Both the position numbers and the translations under genes were made by a program. Below the pieces are notes generated by a model, which was not told the DNA's origin, did no database searches, and saw nothing but the letters and a program-made list of their open reading frames with translations. From a virus (lineage: Duplodnaviria; Caudoviricetes), in the IMG/VR virus record IMGVR_UViG_3300021560_000023, positions 1 to 51,194 of that record: a stretch of DNA of 51,194 bases. One strand, given 5' to 3'. Below, in pieces: positions 16,314 to 25,270 of the stretch (position 1 is the stretch's first letter; each line of letters opens with the position of its first letter).

Positions 16314-18133
16314 TGCTCCTTCTTGGTCATACGCTCCCTGATCTTCAGGATCGCGTCATTGTTGATCTGCTTCCCGGCCGTGATCTCCCAGATGTACTCC
16401 TGGATGCTGTCCTCCGTCCGGTAGTACAGGACGTTCAGGCTCGTGGTCCGGTTCCGCATCCCGCGGTCCTCCAGCTGCTCCTGATCGTCCGGGTTCCACG
16501 TCTCATCGAGGATGTGGATGGAACCGGTCATCCCCAGGTTCAGGCCCACACCGCCGGTCTGGGTGGTCATGACGAGCGTGCGAGCCTCGTCCGTCTCCTC
16601 CCGGTACCAGTCGAGGACCGCGTTGCGCCGGGCACCGGTGACGGTCCCGTCGAGCCGCTTGACCGCGAGCCCCTGCTTGCGCAGCCAGCCCTCGACCATC
16701 TCGACCATCCGCTGGGACTCGCTCGCCACGATGGCCTTGGCCCCGGGCTCCGCGTCCGCCGCCCGGACGCCGTACGTGTCCAGCCGGTCGAGCAGGATGG
16801 GCAGCTTGCCGGAGTCCTCCGTGGGCGTGACCGATCCGTCCGCCGCGACCTCGCACTTGGCGTTGGCCAGCTGCTTCAGGCGGGCGAACTCCGCGAGGAC
16901 GCCGTCAGCAGCGATCACGCCGCCGTCCACCGCGACTTCCGCCGCCCGCGAGAACCGCTCGTACACCTTCCGCTGGCTCTCCGTCATCCCTACCGGGACG
17001 TTGATGACCACCTTGGGGGGTAGTCCAGGGAGGGCTGTCGCCCGGTCCCGGCGGATCATATGACCGCGGTGCGCGGCCCAGAATGCCTCCTCCTTCCCGG
17101 GGTACAGCTTGCCGATCCCGGTGCCTGCTCCCGGGTCCACCGGTCCCGTCCCGTCCGCGTTCATGAGCCAGCGCTGCGCCCACTTCCACTTGCCCGGGTA
17201 CCGCTCCGGCTCGATGAAGTGGAGGACACCCCAGAGGCGAACCGGCTTGCCGCCCATCGGCGTCCCGCTCAGCGCGTACTTGCGGGTGGCCATCCGGCCC
17301 AGAGCCTCGACGCCGCGAGCGAACAGGGTGTTGCGGTCCGCTCCCAGCCCGTACTTGTGGAACTCATCGAGGGTCAGGGACGCCCACTTGACTCCGAACA
17401 GGCGAGCCTGGTCCGCGTCCTTGGGCTGGTACTCCCGCCCCTTGTGGTCCCGCGAGAGGACCGTGAGCCCGTTGTCGGCGTCCCGCGTCACCCGCACCAT
17501 CTCCGGGTTCACGATCAGCCACACGTTCCGCTCGCCCTGCTCGATGGCCGCGAGAGCAGCGTGGACCGCCGCCTTGCGCTCCTTGACGGACTCGCCCCAG
17601 AACACGCGGGCTCCGGGAGCGTGAGCCTTCAACTCGTCCGCCCACGGGTCCTTGTGGAGGGTGATCGGAGCCACGACCAGGTTCGGACCTTCCAGCCCGG
17701 ACTCCTGGACCGCGTAGATGACCTCCACCGTCTTGCCGACTCCCGGCTGGTTGGCGTTCAGCACGTTCTTGACGGCCATCATCGCCACGTCCGCCCGCTG
17801 GTACGGCCGGAGCCACGCCGCCGCGTCCCCGTTGACCCGGGAGAGCGTGGCGTCATCGGCGTCTGCGACGTTGTTGATCCGCCGCTCCGTCTTGACCTGC
17901 TCCCGCCCCCAGGCCTTGAGTGCGTTGCCCAGGACGAGCCCGGGACCGAACGCATCCCGGAGAGCCCGGCCGCTGTCGAGGTCGAGCGGCACCGACCAGT
18001 GCTTGGGGCTCGCGTCCCCGTGGAACTTCCGGCCGGTGATCTCCTTGACTGCCTCGACCGCGGCCGGATCGTACTTGAAGTGGACGTTGATCCGGGTCCC
18101 CTGCTCGTTGATCTCTGCGAATGCCTTCATCAT
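16310..18133 (-). CDS. SNF2-family helicase with HARP-like N-terminus
   Basis: LRPYQ, NQPGVGKT, TLDEFH, LSGTP, GGVGLNL, WNP..QLEDRGMR. Confidence 0.93.
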   Translation of the reverse strand: MMKAFAEINEQGTRINVHFKYDPAAVEAVKEITGRKFHGDASPKHWSVPLDLDSGRALRDAFGPGLVLGNALKAWGREQVKTERRINNVADADDATLSRVNGDAAAWLRPYQRADVAMMAVKNVLNANQPGVGKTVEVIYAVQESGLEGPNLVVAPITLHKDPWADELKAHAPGARVFWGESVKERKAAVHAALAAIEQGERNVWLIVNPEMVRVTRDADNGLTVLSRDHKGREYQPKDADQARLFGVKWASLTLDEFHKYGLGADRNTLFARGVEALGRMATRKYALSGTPMGGKPVRLWGVLHFIEPERYPGKWKWAQRWLMNADGTGPVDPGAGTGIGKLYPGKEEAFWAAHRGHMIRRDRATALPGLPPKVVINVPVGMTESQRKVYERFSRAAEVAVDGGVIAADGVLAEFARLKQLANAKCEVAADGSVTPTEDSGKLPILLDRLDTYGVRAADAEPGAKAIVASESQRMVEMVEGWLRKQGLAVKRLDGTVTGARRNAVLDWYREETDEARTLVMTTQTGGVGLNLGMTGSIHILDETWNPDDQEQLEDRGMRNRTTSLNVLYYRTEDSIQEYIWEITAGKQINNDAILKIRERMTKKEQ

Positions 18134-18140
18134 CGTCTCC

Positions 18141-18497
18141 TTACAGGCCCACGTAGTGCCGCTCGTGGCCCCACTTGGAGCCCAGGGTCAGGTACGCCTT
18201 CCCGTCCTCGTCCCGCCGGACGTACCCGGCGGAGCGGGTCGCCCGCTCGCCGCGGTCCTTACCAACGAGGGTCAGCCACGCCTCCTCGCCCGGCTCCAGC
18301 AGGAGGGCGGTGTAGAACTGGCCGACCGTCTCCGTGCCGCGTAGCGTCCCGTCCGGGCTCCGCCGGTACCGGTACGCCGCCAGCTGCGCCTCGCTGGGCT
18401 GCTGGTACGTTCCGAACATGTCCGCGAACGTCAGCACCAGGTCCGCCTCCTTGTGGTGGGTCCCGATCCGGACTTCAATCTCATACGGTCCAATCAT
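18141..18497 (-). CDS. Hypothetical early protein
   Basis: Follows promoter element P3; AGAAGGAG RBS. Confidence 0.7.
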   Translation of the reverse strand: MIGPYEIEVRIGTHHKEADLVLTFADMFGTYQQPSEAQLAAYRYRRSPDGTLRGTETVGQFYTALLLEPGEEAWLTLVGKDRGERATRSAGYVRRDEDGKAYLTLGSKWGHERHYVGL

Positions 18498-18823
18498 GTC
18501 TGCTCCTTCTCTTCATCGCGGGTTCCGGCCGCGTCCGGCTCCTTCACACTACGTGTGAGTATACCCGGCGGCTGCGCAAAGGTTACGCGGTGCCGCCCAA
18601 CTGCGAGGAGGTCCCTCATCCGCTCGATGGACACGACCGTCTCACAGTCTAGCTCTCCGTCCACGTACGCCTGGACCTTGATGACTCCCTTCCCGCCGGG
18701 CTGGTAGCAGATGAGCCGGTGGTCGTGGATGTTGAACTCCCGCTTGTTCTCGCCCGTCGAGCGGACCTCGACGCCCAGCTGGGCCGCGTCCCGGTCGAGC
18801 CGGGCGATGGTCTCATTCAGCAT
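18494..18823 (-). CDS. Hypothetical protein (3' end contains promoter P3)
   Basis: Coupled ORF. Confidence 0.55.
   Translation of the reverse strand: MLNETIARLDRDAAQLGVEVRSTGENKREFNIHDHRLICYQPGGKGVIKVQAYVDGELDCETVVSIERMRDLLAVGRHRVTFAQPPGILTRSVKEPDAAGTRDEEKEQT
18516..18586 (-). promoter_or_regulatory. Early promoter element P3
   Basis: GTAACC-N17-TATACT, hairpin TCACAC-GTA-GTGTGA, leader motif CCGGACGCGGCCGGAACCCGCGA. Confidence 0.8.
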
Positions 18824-19007
18824 GGTCGATCACCCGCCAGCCGTTGTCGAACCGCTTGACCTTGTCCTCCTGGCGGAGGGCGGACATCCCCACCCACACC
18901 CGACCCGGCCGGAGCCCGGTCGAGGTCGCCAGCTGGATCATCGACTGGTCCGGCCGCTCGCGGAGGGAGGCGAGCAGTGCCGCCTTGATCTCGTCCATCT
19001 CGCTCAT
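18813..19007 (-). CDS. Small winged-HTH protein
   Basis: LASLRERPDQSMIQLATSTGL..VWVGMSAL..V..GWRV; GGAGGAG RBS. Confidence 0.6.
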   Translation of the reverse strand: MSEMDEIKAALLASLRERPDQSMIQLATSTGLRPGRVWVGMSALRQEDKVKRFDNGWRVIDHAE

Positions 19008-19252
19008 CGTAGCTCCTCCGGGATGACTGCTGTCTTGAAGCAGTAGGTGCACGGCCGGGTCCCGTACCCGCCTTGGGGCCAGGACTTGTCGACCAAGGCG
19101 GAGTGCCCGCACGCCTTCCGCGGGCACGTGATCTTGTAGCCTCCTGCTACCCGGCGGGTCCCCCAGAACGGGAGGACCCAGACCGGCGGGGTGGCCCCTT
19201 GTGCAGGAGCCACCCCCTCGCTGTTTCTCTGTGGCGTAGGCATGATCGGCAC
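19004..19252 (-). CDS. Small Zn-ribbon protein
   Basis: CPRKAC...CTYC. Confidence 0.6.
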   Translation of the reverse strand: MPIMPTPQRNSEGVAPAQGATPPVWVLPFWGTRRVAGGYKITCPRKACGHSALVDKSWPQGGYGTRPCTYCFKTAVIPEELR

Positions 19253-19264
19253 CGGTCCCCTGTA

Positions 19265-20335
19265 CTAGCCCTCAGGCAGCTGCCGGCGGGAGCCGATACG
19301 CTGTCCCGGGGAGTTGGAGAGGTCCGCCCGGTCCGCCGCGGCTGCTCCGTGGTTGGCCGCCTCGTACGAGTACGCACGCTCACGGGCCACCGCGGTTGAC
19401 TTCCGCTTCTTGCCCTTGGACGCGACCGGCTCCGGAGCAGGCCACATCTCGTTGTACAGGCTCACCGCGTTCTGGTAGATGTCGCGGAGGACGATGGCGG
19501 TGGAGCCGGTGTCCCCGCTCCCGCCGTCATCGCGGCGCATCCGTCGCAGCCGCTCATCGATGCGGTTGACGAACCCGTCCGCGTAGCTCCGCTGGTACAC
19601 CGCGGGGTTCACGTAGTTCCGCGGCAGCCCGTTCTCCTTGACGTACCGGCGGTTGAGGTTCGCGAGGTTGTTCTTGACGCCGGTCCAGTACGCCTCGCTG
19701 AGGGTCGAGAAGTCATCCTCAAGCGTGTGCTGCTCCGTCTCGTTGACGTACGCTCTGGCGGAGTAGTCCCACCGGCGGCTCGCGATGCCCTTGCGGAGGG
19801 GAGTGGCCTGGCGAGCCACCCACATCCGGCGGGTGATCTCCTTCCAGCCCATCCCGGCCATCCGCATCGTGTACACGTTCTTCCCGGGCTCCGCGGCCGG
19901 GTCCACGTCCGGCGTGAGGTTCCGGCTCATCTGGAGCATCAGGGACGTGAACAGCATGTCGAACCAGTCGAGGTCGGAGGAGAGCCCGATGACGGGCATC
20001 TTCTTGTAGTCGCCTCCCGCCTCGCGAGTCCCGTGGCCGCGGAGGGCGACCACGCAGCGGCAGTGGCGGGCAACGTCCCCGAACATCCACCACAGCTGGC
20101 TCGACTGGGGGTGACGGTACCACCAGTCAAAGTTGAACGTCCGGACCTCCGGCTTGGGCCGCTCCGTCGAGCCCTTCTGAGCCTCGTCCACCATCCACTG
20201 CTCGATGGCGTACTGGGCCATGATCTGATCCGCCTTGGCGCGGAAGGAGTCCGCCTCGCCCTCGAACTCCGTGGAGTCCGCCTTGGCGATGAGGGCACGT
20301 ACCCGCTCCAACATCTTCTCTGTCTTGGTGCTCAT
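19265..20335 (-). CDS. DUF2786-domain protein
   Basis: MLERVRALIAKADST..EAD.F.AKADQIMAQYAI; YQRSYADGF. Confidence 0.8.
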   Translation of the reverse strand: MSTKTEKMLERVRALIAKADSTEFEGEADSFRAKADQIMAQYAIEQWMVDEAQKGSTERPKPEVRTFNFDWWYRHPQSSQLWWMFGDVARHCRCVVALRGHGTREAGGDYKKMPVIGLSSDLDWFDMLFTSLMLQMSRNLTPDVDPAAEPGKNVYTMRMAGMGWKEITRRMWVARQATPLRKGIASRRWDYSARAYVNETEQHTLEDDFSTLSEAYWTGVKNNLANLNRRYVKENGLPRNYVNPAVYQRSYADGFVNRIDERLRRMRRDDGGSGDTGSTAIVLRDIYQNAVSLYNEMWPAPEPVASKGKKRKSTAVARERAYSYEAANHGAAAADRADLSNSPGQRIGSRRQLPEG

Positions 20336-20365
20336 GATCTGAATCTCCGTTCAGTCGGTGGGTTG

Positions 20366-21010
20366 TTAGTGGAACCGCCGGGCGCAGACGGGACCGATCC
20401 CGCGAGCCCTGCTCTCGTCATTGGTGAGTCCGCGGCCGCAGATGCCGCACCGGCCGTACTCGTGGCCGAACAGCGTGGCCGCCGCCGCCGGGTCCTCCGC
20501 GATCTGCGCCAGCACCTTCAGCTGGAGCGGGAACCCGATCTTGTACTTGTCGTCCGACACGTACATCCGGATGTTCCAGCCGCCGCGGTCCCCGATCCAC
20601 AGCTGGAAGAACGTGGTGTCGTTGGTGAAGTCCTCGCCCGGCGTCTCGACGCCGTACGAGCCCGCGTACACCTTCCGCCCGTCCGGGAGGACGAGGACGC
20701 CGGTGCGCTTGGTCCCCTTGTCCGTCTCCTGCTCCTCGTACGTGACCTGCGGCCGGTCCTGGCCGTTGGCGGCTCCCGCCTTCCGCGGGAGGGACTTGAG
20801 GAAGTCGATGACCTCGCTCGCCTTCTCCTTGGTGAACTCGCCGCGGTCCATCAGCTGCGCGACCCGCTGGTCAAACGCCTCCCGCCGCTTGGGGGTCATC
20901 TCCTTCTGCTCCAGCAGGCTCGTGATGTAGCCCAACTGGGGGTCGGTCGCCCCGCCGTGGTCGCTCGTGGCGTCCGTGAACTCCGCGGGGACTTGAGACC
21001 TTTCAACCAT
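20366..21010 (-). CDS. DUF6011-domain protein
   Basis: C-terminal CGICGRGLTNDESRARGIGPVC; N-terminal ATDPQLGYI. Confidence 0.8.
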   Translation of the reverse strand: MVERSQVPAEFTDATSDHGGATDPQLGYITSLLEQKEMTPKRREAFDQRVAQLMDRGEFTKEKASEVIDFLKSLPRKAGAANGQDRPQVTYEEQETDKGTKRTGVLVLPDGRKVYAGSYGVETPGEDFTNDTTFFQLWIGDRGGWNIRMYVSDDKYKIGFPLQLKVLAQIAEDPAAAATLFGHEYGRCGICGRGLTNDESRARGIGPVCARRFH

Positions 21011-21035
21011 TTCATGCTCCTTCTGTCTGCTGACT

Positions 21036-21106
21036 TCCCGGGTTCCGGCCGGGTCCGGTCACTTCGCACTCCGTGCGAGTATACCCGGCGGCTCACCAAA
21101 GGTTAC
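21036..21106 (-). promoter_or_regulatory. Early promoter element P2
   Basis: GTAACC-N17-TATACT, hairpin TCGCAC-GGA-GTGCGA, leader CCGGACCCGGCCGGAACCCGGGA. Confidence 0.82.
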
Positions 21107-21119
21107 GCCGCCGGGCTCC

Positions 21120-21344
21120 TCACAGCGCTATCAGGTCGCTCACCGCGCAAGTCCGGATGCCTCCGTGTTGGGCGATGAACTGGACCAACGTCTCCCGCCG
21201 GTAGCCGGGCTCTCCGTCGAGCCCGGGTCCGGTCGGTCCGGCGGGGAGCCACTTGAGCAGCTTCACGCAGACGTGATCTGACTCGATGGTCCCGCCGCCA
21301 AGGGAGCGGGGCATCCTGGTGATCTGGTGTAGCTTCCGATTCAT
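21120..21344 (-). CDS. Hypothetical protein
   Basis: 74-aa ORF filling a gap on the coding strand. Confidence 0.5.
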   Translation of the reverse strand: MNRKLHQITRMPRSLGGGTIESDHVCVKLLKWLPAGPTGPGLDGEPGYRRETLVQFIAQHGGIRTCAVSDLIAL

Positions 21345-21370
21345 CAGGAGCCCCGCTCGCTCGTCAAACG

Positions 21371-22297
21371 TCAGTCCGTCTTGGAAGGGTTTGCCTTGGT
21401 GGCCGCCTTCCGTCCACGCTTGGCCGTGGTCGCCTTCTTGGCGGGAGCCGCCTCCTCCTGCGCTCCCTCCTCCTTGGTGTCCGCGGACTCCGTGGCCGCC
21501 TTGGCGGACGCCTTCCGCCCGCCGCCGGAGGGAGCAGCGTCACCCACGACCTCGCGCAGGTCCGCCTCGCTCTTGCCGGTCATGAGGGCGAGCATGTACC
21601 ACGCGGTGCCCTCCTCCCGCTCCTTGACGAGGCGAGCCTTGAGCTTGGCCCCGGAGAGCCCGCTGATGTCCTCGTACTCCAGAGCCTCGCCCTTGGAGTT
21701 GAACCCGGCTCGCGCCAGAGCCTCGCGCATCGGCACGTCACTGCTGACGCCGTACTTCTTCTTGAGGCTCTGCATCGTCTCGCCGCCCTGGCGAGCCGTC
21801 CTGATCTCGCCCACGAGCCCGTCCCAGTCCTCCGCGGTCCGGCGGGCGGACCCGTTGGACTTGGCCGCGGTGGCGGTCGTGGTCTTGGTCTCCTCCGCCT
21901 TCTTGGTGGCGGACTTGCTGCGTGTTACCTTGGCCATGGTGGCCTCCTTGTTGGTTGTTGTTTCGCTGCTGTTGTCCTGCTCGCGGAGCAGGCGAGCGTA
22001 CAGCCTCGCCTTCTCCGCCGTCTTGACGCACGAACGGGCACCCGCGTAGTTGGGTCCGCCGTCCATGCCTCCTCCCTCGCTGTTCCCGATGGCCATCGCA
22101 TCGAGCCACTCAGCTAGGTCATCGAGGTCGAGAGCGGTGAGCCTGACGGTCCCACCGCTGCTCCCGACCCGGTGTAGCTCCTCCGCCAGGTGCGGGCTGT
22201 ACCCGCTGTCCTTGGTCGGGTCGCTGATCTCGCTCCCGCTCGCCTCGCCCGCGATGAACCGGGTGATCTTGAGCGGGCGGGTCGCCTGGAAGGTCAT
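21371..22297 (-). CDS. Hypothetical protein; internal start at 21937 gives a Lys/Ala-rich HTH-like DNA-binding protein
   Basis: ATG 22297 with GGGAGG; second in-frame ATG 21937 preceded by AACAACCAACAAGGAGG. Confidence 0.7.
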   Translation of the reverse strand: MTFQATRPLKITRFIAGEASGSEISDPTKDSGYSPHLAEELHRVGSSGGTVRLTALDLDDLAEWLDAMAIGNSEGGGMDGGPNYAGARSCVKTAEKARLYARLLREQDNSSETTTNKEATMAKVTRSKSATKKAEETKTTTATAAKSNGSARRTAEDWDGLVGEIRTARQGGETMQSLKKKYGVSSDVPMREALARAGFNSKGEALEYEDISGLSGAKLKARLVKEREEGTAWYMLALMTGKSEADLREVVGDAAPSGGGRKASAKAATESADTKEEGAQEEAAPAKKATTAKRGRKAATKANPSKTD

Positions 22298-22536
22298 CGG
22301 TCCTCCCAGCTGAGTCCGTGGGGGTTGATGATCTGCTCCGCGGAACACATGAAGCAGAACCCCATGAACGTCTCGCCCGTGGCGTCATCCGGGGCGAGAG
22401 CGTGAGGCTGCCCCCTCCGGATAGCGCCACACCCGTCACACGTGTAGGTGACGGTCGAGTGATAGCCGCGATGTCCCTGGGCTAGGGTACAGACCCCACC
22501 CCCACGGACCGGAGACTGGCAGAGAGCAGTCGCCAT
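22294..22536 (-). CDS. Small Cys/His-rich Zn-binding protein
   Basis: C..CTLAQGHRGYH..CDGC..CFMC. Confidence 0.6.
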   Translation of the reverse strand: MATALCQSPVRGGGVCTLAQGHRGYHSTVTYTCDGCGAIRRGQPHALAPDDATGETFMGFCFMCSAEQIINPHGLSWEDR

Positions 22537-22539
22537 CGA

Positions 22540-22917
22540 TCAGCCCTCCAGCTTCCGGTCGAGGCGAGCCAGTTCCCTCCGGCGTGCCTCGTCCATCGCG
22601 AGGTCCCGGGAGCCGTGGGGCGCATCCTCGCCCACCCAATCCCCGGTCCAGGTGTCGGTGACCATCCACCGCTCCTCCCCGAACTCGTCCCTGGTGACCT
22701 CGACGCCATAGCGCGGGTCCGGCTCCTCGTCCGGCTCCCCGGCGTACGGGTCCGGGTCGCCCCAGCCCTCCCACCGGTCCGCGTCCCCGTACGTGGCGTC
22801 ATCGGCACGCTCCTGCTCCGCCGTGTAGTAGTGGTCGGAGTTCGGGCAGATGTGGTAGCAGCCGCTCCCCATAGGGGAGCAGCCGCAGTTGGGGCAGGTG
22901 TTCTCGTTGGCGGCCAT
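22540..22917 (-). CDS. Hypothetical protein with N-terminal Zn finger
   Basis: CPNCGC..GC..ICP; GGAGGG RBS. Confidence 0.65.
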   Translation of the reverse strand: MAANENTCPNCGCSPMGSGCYHICPNSDHYYTAEQERADDATYGDADRWEGWGDPDPYAGEPDEEPDPRYGVEVTRDEFGEERWMVTDTWTGDWVGEDAPHGSRDLAMDEARRRELARLDRKLEG

Positions 22918-22921
22918 CGTG

Positions 22922-23434
22922 TTAGCCCTCCGCCTTGGTCGAGGACTTCCGTGCCCGCTTGGTCTTGGCCGCCTCGCGGTCCGCCTCCCGCTTGCGCAGG
23001 ACCTTGGCGAGGTACGCCGTGGCCTTGATGTCGAGGGCGAGCCCGATGGCCTTGTAGCTCTCGCCCTTGGCCCGCCGTGCCTCCGCGTCCTTCAGCTGCT
23101 CCTCCGTGTACCGCGGACCGGTCGCCCCGCTCCCGCCCGTACGTCCGGCCGCGACTGCCTCCTTGGCCGGGAACGCCTTGTTGAAGTCCGCCGCCGCCGC
23201 CTTGCGTGCGCCCTGCTCATTCTGGACATCGTGGTAGCTCTGCCAGGTCAGCGTCCGCTCCCCGTTGATGTGCTCGCTCGCGAGGAGCCCGCCCAGACGC
23301 CGGAGGAGGCTGTTGACCTCCTTGACGTCCCGGCCGGTGTGCTTGGCGATGTCGGCCGCTTCCACGGCCCAGTTGTCAACGACAAACATGTAGACCTCGC
23401 GGAGGGCGGGGCGGATATTCGTGGTGGTGCTCAT
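22922..23434 (-). CDS. Double-HTH DNA-binding protein, first early gene
   Basis: wHTH-like N-terminus and KGESYKAIGLALDI HTH; downstream of P1. Confidence 0.65.
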   Translation of the reverse strand: MSTTTNIRPALREVYMFVVDNWAVEAADIAKHTGRDVKEVNSLLRRLGGLLASEHINGERTLTWQSYHDVQNEQGARKAAAADFNKAFPAKEAVAAGRTGGSGATGPRYTEEQLKDAEARRAKGESYKAIGLALDIKATAYLAKVLRKREADREAAKTKRARKSSTKAEG

Positions 23435-23464
23435 CAGGTGGTTCCCTTCTGTTCGGTCCTGCTC

Positions 23465-23541
23465 TCCCGGGTTCCGGCCGGGTCCGGTCCGTCATCACTC
23501 CAACTCCGTTGGAGTATACCCGCGTACGTGGAGAACGTTAC
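23465..23541 (-). promoter_or_regulatory. Early promoter element P1
   Basis: GTAACG-N17-TATACT, hairpin ACTCCAAC-GGA-GTTGGAGT, leader CCGGACCCGGCCGGAACCCGGGA. Confidence 0.82.
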
Positions 23542-23627
23542 GCCGCCGGTCAAATCCCCAGCGGGTGCGGGGGAGTCCTGCTCCCCAGGTTATCGGCCGG
23601 AGCCGCCGGGACGTTAGCCGGTGACGG

Positions 23628-25136
23628 CTACCCGCCCGCCCCGCTAGTGAACGACCACCCGGCCAGTAGCTCCGCGGTCCCCAGCGGACCGGTCACTCGT
23701 ACGTCACAGGGACCTGTAGCCCCAGCCGGAGCCGATGCCATCACGCACGTCACGGTGGAATCGTCCACGACCACCACATTGGTGGCCAGCGTCATGTACC
23801 CGTTGTCAAGCACCACTGTAACCACGCCGGTCAGCCCGGTCCCGCTGAGCGTGACCGCCGTCCCCTCCGGACCTTCAGCCGGAGTACAGCTGGTCAAGGT
23901 CGGAGCCTGCTCCGCAATGGACGTGAGCGGGAGCGTGTTGGTCCAAGGCGTGTAGTCCGCGTTGGCGACAAAGATCACACCCTCACCCGCGGGGACCGTC
24001 ATCAGGTTCGCCTCCGCGGTGATCTCGTACGTCCCGCCCACGGTGATCGTCAACTCCCAGTCGGAGCCGTACTCCGCATCTTGGAAGATGACCCGCTTGG
24101 CGGTGAGGTCGCCCGGGAAGAACCCGGAGAGCGTGAAGCTGGTGACGGCGTCAATCGTGGAGTCGAACTCCTCCGGCACTACGCTGCTCAGAGTCGGGTC
24201 AGACACGACCACATACGGGACCGCGTTGGTGTAGTCGGTGTAGGTGTCGAGGTCGTGTAGCTTGATCGTCCCTGATCCGGGAGCGACCGGGCTGAAGTCG
24301 AATGTTGACGTGACCAGCGTGTCCGACACCTTGACCGCGTCCCCATAGTGGTGGGTGTTGTCCGCCATCACCAAGTCCACCGCCATGTTCACGGAGAACG
24401 GCTCCGGGAAGTAGCCGTTGAGCGTGAGGGCAATGCCCGCCTCGTTGGGCGCGATGCGAGGGATGACACTGCTGAGGGAGGGACCGCGGACCGCTCCGCC
24501 GTGTTCCCGGAGGTCGTGATAGGTCGCGTACGCGAGGGCGAGGTCAGCATACGTCCCCGGCGGAGTCATCTCCGCGGACTCGTCCGTCATGGCCTGGTAG
24601 TCCCAACCCTCGATGTGCCTGTACGCCAGCACCAGCCCGCCTGGGAGGACCGATTCCAACACCCTCTGAGTGAGAGCCGGGTCCGGCGTCTCCGGGTCGA
24701 GCGTCACGACCTCCAGCCGGTACGCGGAGCCGTCCCGCTCGCGGAAGTACACCGTGGCCGGAGCAGGAGGACGGGCGGAGACGAGGGTGCCCATGAGGCT
24801 CGCCCGGATCGCCTCCACGGTCCCCACGTTGTGACCCGCCGCCTGCTTGAGGAACACCCGCGTGTCCTCCTCCGACATCCCCGCCGGGATGCGAACTCCG
24901 ACCAGCTGAGCCAGCCACGGCAGCGCCCATGCTGGACACACGTTGACGTCGAACAGAGGACCCCACGGTGGGTACGGCTCCGGCGGGTCGATGAGCGCAC
25001 ACACCTGGAGATACGGCTGCGCGAGTGCCTCACAGAGGATGGCGTGCGCCCACCCGTACAACTCGTCATTCGGCTGGAGCGGCTGCGTCCGCTCGCGGAG
25101 CCGCTCACCCCACTGCGACATCACCGGCTCAGCCAC
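23628..25136 (-). CDS. Baseplate wedge protein (P2 gpI-like) with C-terminal IPT/TIG Ig-like repeats
   Basis: CPAWALPWLAQLVG..GTVEAI; repeated P.L.S..P..G....TL.G. Confidence 0.75.
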   Translation of the reverse strand: MAEPVMSQWGERLRERTQPLQPNDELYGWAHAILCEALAQPYLQVCALIDPPEPYPPWGPLFDVNVCPAWALPWLAQLVGVRIPAGMSEEDTRVFLKQAAGHNVGTVEAIRASLMGTLVSARPPAPATVYFRERDGSAYRLEVVTLDPETPDPALTQRVLESVLPGGLVLAYRHIEGWDYQAMTDESAEMTPPGTYADLALAYATYHDLREHGGAVRGPSLSSVIPRIAPNEAGIALTLNGYFPEPFSVNMAVDLVMADNTHHYGDAVKVSDTLVTSTFDFSPVAPGSGTIKLHDLDTYTDYTNAVPYVVVSDPTLSSVVPEEFDSTIDAVTSFTLSGFFPGDLTAKRVIFQDAEYGSDWELTITVGGTYEITAEANLMTVPAGEGVIFVANADYTPWTNTLPLTSIAEQAPTLTSCTPAEGPEGTAVTLSGTGLTGVVTVVLDNGYMTLATNVVVVDDSTVTCVMASAPAGATGPCDVRVTGPLGTAELLAGWSFTSGAGG

Positions 25137-25270
25137 GGCTCGACCTCCGATCCTCCATAGTACGAGGGCCATAGTACGATGCGCCGTAGTACCAACTACT
25201 TGGCCTCGTACTACGCATCCCGTTGGTCCGTTTCACAAAATAGGTGTAATGTTTCAGACATTTGAAAACT

